This document shows positions 48,208 to 55,552 of a stretch of DNA of 64,000 nucleotides, piece by piece (the first letter of the stretch is position 1; every line of letters begins with the position of its first letter). Source of the DNA: Bacteroidota bacterium (GTDB taxonomy: Bacteria > Bacteroidota > Bacteroidia > Chitinophagales > BACL12); assembly GCA_016706255.1 (NCBI GenBank), contig JADJJZ010000003.1, forward strand, positions 417,914-481,913, given 5' to 3'. The position numbers and the translations under genes are program-made. The notes below the pieces were generated by a model. It ran no database searches, had not been told where the DNA came from, and saw only the letters and a program-made list of their open reading frames with translations.

Positions 48208-49168
48208 TTTGGCACAAATTAATAATTACCGCTGACTCTTCAATTTGTTGCAGCGAAATGGCTGTCACATTATCGTTGTTTATTTCACTAATAAAATGGG
48301 ATAATTCCGTTTTAAATAAATCATTTCTGTCAAAATCAGCAATTGTTTCTACCTGCTTGATTCCTTTGTGGTGTATGGTTATTGTTGCAGAGAAGTATTC
48401 TGCCTCCACCGTTGCATCTTCAAAAATAAAAATGTATTTGCGTTGGGGTATTTGCTCCAGGTAGTTCAAATGTACCTGCGCTGTGATGTCATTTTGATAT
48501 GAAATTTGAAAGTCGGCAACACTTTCTACATCAATATTTAAATTACTGCTATAACCGAATTTTTTTGCAACTGTTTTAATCTTACTGTCTGCCAACCAGT
48601 TAACTAAATCCAGGTCATGACTCAATGTTAAAGCAACACCACCACCCATATTTTTATTGGCAGCATAAGATGTTTTATAATCTTCATAAGGATGCCAATC
48701 CGGCAAATAGCTGCCCCAATGTGTTCTAATACTATGCAATTTCCCATATTGATTAGATTTTATCATCGCTTTTATCTGAATCATATGCGGATGAAAGCGC
48801 ATCATATAGGCAACCTGAACTAACTTGCGATACTTATTTACTGCTGCATTTAATTGTTCAAGATGTTCATTTGAGTGGGAGAGGGGCTTTTCTACCAAAA
48901 CATGAAATCCGGCTTCCAAACATAACAGCGTTTGCTCAAGATGTTGATTTGTTGGGGTGCAAATTATTGCGAATAAAATTTTTTCTTTAGGTATGGATGA
49001 CCAATCTGTGTGTATAACAATTGCTGAATTCGTTATATTCCTAAAAGGTAAATTGCGCTGACGATAAACATGAATATTTTGATAACCCATTGCTAACAGA
49101 TTGCCGATATGCCGCTCTCCAATTGAACCGGCACCAATAACTAAAACACCCTCCTTCTTATTCATCAA
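48200..49168 (-). CDS. Gfo/Idh/MocA family NAD(P)-dependent oxidoreductase
   Basis: VIGAGSIGERH and VEKPLS signatures. Confidence 0.85.
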   Translation of the reverse strand: MMNKKEGVLVIGAGSIGERHIGNLLAMGYQNIHVYRQRNLPFRNITNSAIVIHTDWSSIPKEKILFAIICTPTNQHLEQTLLCLEAGFHVLVEKPLSHSNEHLEQLNAAVNKYRKLVQVAYMMRFHPHMIQIKAMIKSNQYGKLHSIRTHWGSYLPDWHPYEDYKTSYAANKNMGGGVALTLSHDLDLVNWLADSKIKTVAKKFGYSSNLNIDVESVADFQISYQNDITAQVHLNYLEQIPQRKYIFIFEDATVEAEYFSATITIHHKGIKQVETIADFDRNDLFKTELSHFISEINNDNVTAISLQQIEESAVIINLCQNE

Positions 49169-49886
49169 ATTTGATACAATCGCTGTTTTGAATTAATTCT
49201 TCGGCTTTATAAAAACTTGCAACATCATCAATATCTATCGCATATTTTCTTTCAATTAAATAGGGCAATATTTTTTTTCCGCTCATACTGTGCTGCTCTG
49301 TTATTGCAGCGGTTTTTATAATATCCAAAGTTCCTGTTTGCCAGTAAACAGTTGGTAGTTTTTGCCTTGGCTGATTATATGGTTCTTCAATATGCTGCAA
49401 TTTCAACAACGGTTCCATGGCATCGTTATTATTCACGTTGAGCAACCACATTTTAAATGGCGTTATGGGCGATTCAGTTATTGATCGAACGGAATCGGCA
49501 TCACTGTTTAATAATTTTGTTATTGCTTCATCTATCCATCCTGAAAACCGAATTGGAGATGTTGGTCTTAACTGAACAATGATATCCGGAACATAATTTT
49601 CATTTTCTTTCATCCATTTTAACTGATGTTCAAAAACAACAAGATCTGTTGCTACATCATCAGCAAGATGCGCCGGACGCATAAAGGGAATGGCCGCTCC
49701 GTATTGTTTACCAACCGCTGCAATTTCTTCACTGTCGGTATTTAAGGTTATTCTTGTAATTAATTTACTTGCTTGTGCTGCCGCAATACTATATGCCAAT
49801 AATGGATGTTGCAATAGTGGTTTGATGTTTTTACCGGGTAAACCTTTACTGCCGCCTCTTGCCGGAATTATTGCCAGAATTTCCAT
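49158..49886 (-). CDS. Acylneuraminate (CMP-ulosonic acid) cytidylyltransferase family protein
   Basis: AIIPARGGSKGLPGKN N-terminus and LRPTSP motif. Length 242 aa. Confidence 0.85.
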   Translation of the reverse strand: MEILAIIPARGGSKGLPGKNIKPLLQHPLLAYSIAAAQASKLITRITLNTDSEEIAAVGKQYGAAIPFMRPAHLADDVATDLVVFEHQLKWMKENENYVPDIIVQLRPTSPIRFSGWIDEAITKLLNSDADSVRSITESPITPFKMWLLNVNNNDAMEPLLKLQHIEEPYNQPRQKLPTVYWQTGTLDIIKTAAITEQHSMSGKKILPYLIERKYAIDIDDVASFYKAEELIQNSDCIKFDE

Positions 49887-50761
49887 TAATTATCTGATTT
49901 TAATTTTTTACGCTGCACTAATTCTACCGGTAAAATTTCTGATGCTTTATATTGTAATGCTTCATGTGTATGTTGCAAATCACGAATCAGTTTTTGTAAT
50001 CCGGGAACTTCCAAACTTGCCGCATGATCTGTTCCTTTCCAGGTGCGATCTTTTGTAAAATGGCGTTCTATCCACGTAGCTCCTAAGGTATAGGCTGCTA
50101 TATCTATTGCAATACCTAAATGATGGCCGCTAAATCCAACGGATTGCACTTGCTCACCATATTGATCATGTAGTTTTTTAATTTCCAATAAACAAATTTC
50201 ATTAAATTGAATCGGGTAACCACTTGTGCAACTATATAGTACCAATCGATTTTTTAATTTTTCAGAATTAAATAAATCGATAATGGTTTTTATTTCACTG
50301 CTGGTAGTCATGCCTACCGAAATATGAACATCTCCCAAATAATTATCGCGAATTAATTCCAATAATTGAATATTATGATTACAGGCAGATGGAATTTTAA
50401 TAAAATCAGGCTGCAATGCGATAATTTCGTTTGCGCTGGTAATGTCCCAAACCGATGCACTGTAGCCGATGCCAATACTTTCAGCATACAATTTTAGTTC
50501 GCCATGTTGTTCAGCAGTAAATTCAAGATATTCACGGTGCTGACCGTAAGTGTTACCATAACTTTGCCAAGGTTCTGGATGTGGTGCGTTGTATTGTGTA
50601 TCACTTAATAATTCTTTGGGGTTTCGTTTTTGAAATTTTGCATAATCCGCGCCACATTCTTTTGCCAAACGAATTAATTCTTTTGCAATTTCAAAATTCC
50701 CCATATGATTACAACCAATTTCTGCAATCACTTTCGGAGCCTGATAATTAAATTGAAACAT
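49886..50761 (-). CDS. NeuB-family PEP-condensing ulosonic acid synthase, TIM-barrel only (no C-terminal SAF domain)
   Basis: IAEIGCNHMGN, AKFQ, KIPS, SGHHLG and ERHFT...DHAASL motifs. At 291 aa it ends right after the barrel. Confidence 0.8.
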   Translation of the reverse strand: MFQFNYQAPKVIAEIGCNHMGNFEIAKELIRLAKECGADYAKFQKRNPKELLSDTQYNAPHPEPWQSYGNTYGQHREYLEFTAEQHGELKLYAESIGIGYSASVWDITSANEIIALQPDFIKIPSACNHNIQLLELIRDNYLGDVHISVGMTTSSEIKTIIDLFNSEKLKNRLVLYSCTSGYPIQFNEICLLEIKKLHDQYGEQVQSVGFSGHHLGIAIDIAAYTLGATWIERHFTKDRTWKGTDHAASLEVPGLQKLIRDLQHTHEALQYKASEILPVELVQRKKLKSDN

Positions 50762-50827
50762 TTTTTTACAGCTTCGCCTCCTCAGTCACATAAGCGTGTT
50801 GAGCAGACAGGTTTTAATTAATAATAT

Positions 50828-51370
50828 TTATTCAGCTGCGTTGTTATTCCACAACACAATTGAATTATCAAGATAGCCTTTAGCCTTCCAGCCCGGATAT
50901 GATTCCAGACTCAAAACCAGGGCTGATACTTTTCGGTTAATAAGCGCTTCGGTTTTTTTAACCCAATAACTTAGTTTTTCATTATCTACCTCACCAACAA
51001 TTACCAGTTCAATTACACCGGTATCTTTCCCTTCCGCATAATCGCCGGTTATAAATGCATAACTGATATCGCCAATCTGATTTACGATATTTTCTACTAC
51101 TTTATCTAATCCAAGATATTTTCTAACTAAACTTTTTAATTCTGGAAAAAGCGGATGTTTTTCATTTGCCCGATATTGAATGGTATTGCCTTCATCAAAA
51201 GAAACTAAAAATCCGGCTTTGGAAAGTTTGTTGAGTTCCAAACGAACTGCATTGGTAGATTCATGCATCTCCTTCGCCAAACCACGAAGATGGGCAGACG
51301 ATTTACTGTTTGAAAAAAATTTCAACAACAGTTTAATACGTGTTCTTGATGTTATTAAGGATTCTAACAC
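50828..51370 (-). CDS. Winged-helix (ArsR/MarR-like) transcriptional regulator at the head of the polysaccharide operon
   Basis: N-terminal RTRIKLLLKFF...HLRGLAKEMHESTNAVRLELNKLSKAGFL is an HTH. It is the first gene of the co-directional block. GTG start. Confidence 0.55.
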   Translation of the reverse strand: MLESLITSRTRIKLLLKFFSNSKSSAHLRGLAKEMHESTNAVRLELNKLSKAGFLVSFDEGNTIQYRANEKHPLFPELKSLVRKYLGLDKVVENIVNQIGDISYAFITGDYAEGKDTGVIELVIVGEVDNEKLSYWVKKTEALINRKVSALVLSLESYPGWKAKGYLDNSIVLWNNNAAE

Positions 51371-51377
51371 AAACTTG

Positions 51378-51400
51378 AATGAGTAACAAATTTACTCATT
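51378..51400. promoter_or_regulatory. Palindrome AATGAGTAA-N5-TTACTCATT overlapping a minus-strand -7 box (TAaaTTTG, 51387-51394)
   Basis: Perfect 9-bp arms read directly. The loop plus one arm contains the TAnnTTTG match 17 nt upstream of the regulator's GTG. Confidence 0.4.
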
Positions 51401-51448
51401 TGAATAAAATTTGCAAATCCCCAAATCTGGTTACAAAATACTACACCC

Positions 51449-52273
51449 TCAAATTGCCTGCCGAATCCTGAGTAAACCGGCTAAAAGCGCCTCCATTTCT
51501 GCAAGTGGAACCATATTCGGCCCGTCGCTGAGCGCAACTTCAGGGTTAGGATGTGTTTCGATAAAAAAGCCGTCTACGCCTACTGCTGCGGCAGCTTTGG
51601 CGAGATATGGAGCAAATTCCCTTTTGCCACCACTTTTGCCACCGGCTCCTCCGGGCATTTGAACACTGTGGGTTACATCAAAAATTACCGGTGCAAATTG
51701 GCGCATAATTGGTAACGAACGCATGTCTACTACTAAATTATGATACCCAAAAGAGGCTCCTCTTTCAGTAAGTAATACATTATTATTACCTGTTGAAGCA
51801 ACTTTTTCTACCGCATAGGCCATGTCTTCAGGCGCCATAAACTGGCCTTTTTTCACATTCACAGCTACTTGTGTGTTCCCTGCTGCTAATAACAAGTCGG
51901 TTTGGCGACACAAAAAGGCCGGAATTTGTAAAACATCAACTACACCCGCCGCCTGTGCAGCATGTTCCGGCAAGTGAATATCTGTTAAAACCGGCACCCC
52001 GATTTCTTCCTTTATTTGTTTTAAAATTTGCAAACCACTGTCTATACCTTCTCCTCTGAAAGACCCGCCTGCTGTGCGATTGGCCTTATCAAACGATGCT
52101 TTAAATATGTAGTTATAACCCAATTTTCCTGCCACCAGCTTCATTTTTTGTGCTACTTCGCGACAAAGCTCTAGGCTTTCAATAACACAAGGGCCGGCTA
52201 TTAATAATGGTGTTGCTTCACCTACTGTAATGGTTGATCCTATTTTAACTGGAGCAGAAAACGTTTTAAACAT
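51449..52273 (-). CDS. kdsA: 3-deoxy-8-phosphooctulonate (Kdo-8-P) synthase
   Basis: [20 protein letters not shown] and DVTHSVQ motifs. ATG 52273 is preferred over TTG 52288. Confidence 0.9.
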   Translation of the reverse strand: MFKTFSAPVKIGSTITVGEATPLLIAGPCVIESLELCREVAQKMKLVAGKLGYNYIFKASFDKANRTAGGSFRGEGIDSGLQILKQIKEEIGVPVLTDIHLPEHAAQAAGVVDVLQIPAFLCRQTDLLLAAGNTQVAVNVKKGQFMAPEDMAYAVEKVASTGNNNVLLTERGASFGYHNLVVDMRSLPIMRQFAPVIFDVTHSVQMPGGAGGKSGGKREFAPYLAKAAAAVGVDGFFIETHPNPEVALSDGPNMVPLAEMEALLAGLLRIRQAI

Positions 52274-52528
52274 GCCACAAAATTGCAAAAAATATGTGGC
52301 AAGATTTGATTTTACGATACAGCCCTAAAGCTGCCGTTTTTTCAAATACATACGGTATATAATATATAATAGCGGAAACAAAAACATGGGCTTGGGTTTA
52401 GAGGTTGGGAGAAGGGAATTGACCCGCCCCGCCTTTATTCGGGTGATGACAAGTATAAAAACGACCAAATATTTATTCCAAGAGCATCAAACCTGCACAT
52501 AATAATGTGTAAAGACGGGGCAGAAGTG

Positions 52529-53332
52529 CTAATTCCGCTCGATATTGTCCAATCTGCTTTTCAGCAAATGCACCTGTGTGGTAAGATCACCGATAAGTTT
52601 ATCCAAATCGTTTTTCTTTACAGGCATATAGGACGATAATTTACTTTTCACAAACCAGATTTCCTTAACATCATCAATATCTACAACTATTTCAGGATAA
52701 GCATCGTTGTCGCTGATGAGATATAACTTATGCTCCGTTTCGGCCTTGTTTATCAGCCTTTTTACCAAAACATTGTCGGCAGTAACAACTACGTGTATAT
52801 ATCCATCGCGAACATCTTTAAAATGATTATCGCAAAAACGACCAATTACATAATCGCCATGCTGTATTGTATCCTGCATACTGTCTCCCTCAATCTGAAA
52901 ACATCTGAAAGTGCCATTCCTATAGTCGGAACCGGGTAACTTAAACGCCGGTAACTCCTTGTAATACTCAGGCTCCAAGTATCGCGTTGGATAACCGGCC
53001 GCTGCTTTGGTATCCACCATCACAATATTTTCCTGCCCCTGCTCATCTACTGTAATTACAATCGGTCTGTAAATAATTGTGCCGCTTCCTTTTTCTACAT
53101 CCTTAGTACTTACCTGCTTTATTTTTTTTGTCAGGTCAGTATGCAACAACTCGTCAATCGTTATGTCAAATACTTTGACTATTTCCAACAAAGTCTTATG
53201 ACCCGGATTTGCGAGGTTGGCTTCAATGTTCGCAATCGTTGTGCGTCCTACGCGGATAAGGTCTGCAAGTTCCTGCTGACTGAGCTTTCGCTCGTTGCGG
53301 AGATGTCTGAGATTTGAGCCTATTAATGCCAT
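52529..53332 (-). CDS. CI/XRE-type HTH plus S24 (LexA-like) self-cleaving peptidase repressor; candidate non-canonical Bacteroidota LexA
   Basis: NLRHLRNERKLSQQELADLIRVGRTTIANIE is the HTH. AAAGYP is an Ala-Gly cleavage-site context. GDSMQDT carries the Ser and VKRL the Lys. There is an extra ~45 aa coiled-coil-like C-terminal tail. ATG 53332 is preferred over the maximal start at 53395. Confidence 0.7.
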   Translation of the reverse strand: MALIGSNLRHLRNERKLSQQELADLIRVGRTTIANIEANLANPGHKTLLEIVKVFDITIDELLHTDLTKKIKQVSTKDVEKGSGTIIYRPIVITVDEQGQENIVMVDTKAAAGYPTRYLEPEYYKELPAFKLPGSDYRNGTFRCFQIEGDSMQDTIQHGDYVIGRFCDNHFKDVRDGYIHVVVTADNVLVKRLINKAETEHKLYLISDNDAYPEIVVDIDDVKEIWFVKSKLSSYMPVKKNDLDKLIGDLTTQVHLLKSRLDNIERN

Positions 53333-53354
53333 AACGTAAAATTTAATTTTGTTT

Positions 53355-53395
53355 TTGTCAGGAAATATGACTTTATTTGTCAAAAATAATGACAA
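53355..53395. promoter_or_regulatory. Two tandem operator-like sites, TTGTCA-N7-TGACtt (53355-53373) and TTGTCA-N7-TGACAA (53377-53395), spaced 22 bp
   Basis: Read directly in the 65-bp divergent spacer. -7 box candidates are TAatTTTG (53344-53351, plus strand) and TAttTTTG (53381-53388, minus strand, inside the second site). Confidence 0.45.
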
Positions 53396-53397
53396 TT

Positions 53398-54471
53398 ATG
53401 GAATTTCCAAAATTTGATGAAAATTTTTTTAAAGGTCGCGGTGCTCAGATAAATCCGTTTAACCCTTTTCATGCCTCAAACGTAACAGCAGAGCACATTG
53501 AAGGGCTTGATGAAGAATTATTATCACCCCGTCAAACCCAATTTTACAGCGAACATCCGAAAAAAATTCTAAATAAGCTCGAAATGCCCGATGCGGCTAT
53601 GATGTACTCCGTAAATCCTTATCAGGGTTGCGAACATGGATGTATCTATTGTTATGCCCGAAATTCTCATAATTATTGGGGATTTAGTGCCGGCCTCGAT
53701 TTCGAAACTAAAATTATTATTAAACATAATGCAGCCGAATTACTCGAAAAAGTGTTCATGGAGCAAAAATGGGTGCCCGGACCGGTAACTTTTTCAGGTA
53801 ATACCGATTGTTATCAGCCCGTTGAACGCAAAATGGGTATCACCCGCAGCTTATTAGAGGTATGTAACAGATTTAAAAACCCTGCCGGAATTATCACTAA
53901 AAATCAACTTATCCTCCGCGATCTGGATATTTTGCAAGACCTAGCGAAAGACAATCTCATATTTGTAAATATTACGGTAACCACATTACAGGAATCATTA
54001 CGTCGTCAGCTGGAACCACGCACTACCAGTTGCGGTGGCCGCTTAAAAACTATTGAAAAACTTGCTGCAAAAGGAATACCGGTTGGTGTTATGATTGGGC
54101 CAATTATTCCCGGACTCACCGATTCGGAAATTCCTGATATTATTAATGCTGCTGCCGACCATGGCGCACAAACTGCCAATTATACCATGGTGCGTTTGAA
54201 TGGTGCTTTGGATAAAATTTTTACCGACTGGATTTGGAAAACGTATCCGATGAAGGCAGAAAAAGTTTTGAATAACATCCGTTCTACACATCAAGGGCAA
54301 CTGAACGACAGCCGATGGTCGCTGCGCATGCGTGGTGATGGTGAACTGGCAAATAGTATTCATCAGTTATTTTATCTCATGCGCGATAAATATATGCCAA
54401 ACCGAACACCATTTGAATATAATATTAAATCGTTTAAACGGCCCGGACAACTTACCCTGAATTTTGATTAG
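53398..54471 (+). CDS. Radical SAM protein, SplB-like / PA0069 family (DNA-repair photolyase-like, COG1533)
   Basis: The N-terminus FKGRGAQINPFNPF is typical of the family. GCEHGCIYCYA is the CX3CX2C cluster. Confidence 0.75.
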   Translation: MEFPKFDENFFKGRGAQINPFNPFHASNVTAEHIEGLDEELLSPRQTQFYSEHPKKILNKLEMPDAAMMYSVNPYQGCEHGCIYCYARNSHNYWGFSAGLDFETKIIIKHNAAELLEKVFMEQKWVPGPVTFSGNTDCYQPVERKMGITRSLLEVCNRFKNPAGIITKNQLILRDLDILQDLAKDNLIFVNITVTTLQESLRRQLEPRTTSCGGRLKTIEKLAAKGIPVGVMIGPIIPGLTDSEIPDIINAAADHGAQTANYTMVRLNGALDKIFTDWIWKTYPMKAEKVLNNIRSTHQGQLNDSRWSLRMRGDGELANSIHQLFYLMRDKYMPNRTPFEYNIKSFKRPGQLTLNFD

Positions 54472-54559
54472 TGATGTAGTTGTTAAACTATACAACATTC
54501 TGGGTGCAATGGTTTGACCGAATTCATTTAGCTTTACATGTAATTTTTTTGTAGGGCAA

Positions 54560-55552
54560 ATGGGTTTGAAACAAAGTTATTTTACTATTTATAACAAGCG
54601 AAATCGTAAGTCGGCTATCGCTACACTTGCTGATAAAACCGGAATGCGTATTATATTCCCATTTTACCATGTTGTAAGTGATGAGCCCGTCCAACATATT
54701 AATTACCTCTATAAAGTAAAAACGACAAAACAATTTATTGCAGATTTAAATTTTTTACTGGAAAATTATTTACCACTTGCAATCGATGATTATCAAAACG
54801 GAAACTACAATCCGGAAAAAAATTATTTTGTATTAAGTTTCGATGACGGCCTGAGTCAAATGGCTCATGTGGTTCATCCTATTTTAAAATCATTATCTAT
54901 TCCCGCTTTATTTTTTTTAAACTCCGGATTTATTGATAATACTGCTTTATTTTATCGGTATAAAGTAGCATTGCTGTTAGCTGAGATAGAACATACTGCG
55001 CTGGCAACACAAATTTCTGCTGTATTATCATTAAATAAAATTAAAGTTGCTGACCCGGTAAAATATTTATTACAGCTTAAATATAAAGACACGAATTTAA
55101 TTGATTCAATAGCGAAGTCCTGCAATTATAACTTTGAAGATTATCTCAAAAATGCACATCCATATCTGTCCACCAATCAAATTTTTGATTTGATAAAAGA
55201 TGGACATACCGTAGGTGCCCATTCGGTTGATCATCCCTTGTACAGTGCCATTGACCCGCAATTGCAATTTGTTCAAACGCGAGACAGCATGCGGTTTATA
55301 AACGAAAAATTTAATCTCCCCAAAAATTACTTTGCTTTTCCTTTTACTGCTGATGGTGTTGTAAAAGAATTATTCCCTGCTATGTATAGTGAATTAAATA
55401 TTCATAAAAGTTTTGGAACTGCCGGGTTGCAAAAAAATAAAATTAACAATCATATAGAAAGAATTCCTGCCGAACACCAAACTTATAATTTGGAAACGTT
55501 GGTAAAAAATGAATATCATTATTTTCAATTTAAAAAAATGTTTGGCAAATGA
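54560..55552 (+). CDS. Polysaccharide deacetylase (NodB-homology / CE4-like) family protein
   Basis: LSFDDGL is motif 1 and GAHSVDHP is the H-x3-H metal-binding motif 2. Confidence 0.75.
   Translation: MGLKQSYFTIYNKRNRKSAIATLADKTGMRIIFPFYHVVSDEPVQHINYLYKVKTTKQFIADLNFLLENYLPLAIDDYQNGNYNPEKNYFVLSFDDGLSQMAHVVHPILKSLSIPALFFLNSGFIDNTALFYRYKVALLLAEIEHTALATQISAVLSLNKIKVADPVKYLLQLKYKDTNLIDSIAKSCNYNFEDYLKNAHPYLSTNQIFDLIKDGHTVGAHSVDHPLYSAIDPQLQFVQTRDSMRFINEKFNLPKNYFAFPFTADGVVKELFPAMYSELNIHKSFGTAGLQKNKINNHIERIPAEHQTYNLETLVKNEYHYFQFKKMFGK

Noticed and set aside
53377-53395. Maximal ORF starts (TTG 53377 on plus, TTG 53395 on minus) that would make the radical SAM and repressor genes overlap head-to-head.
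   Set aside because: The internal ATGs (53398 and 53332) give N-termini matching the conserved family starts and leave a 65-bp spacer with promoter-like boxes. The extensions fall exactly on the palindromic sites.
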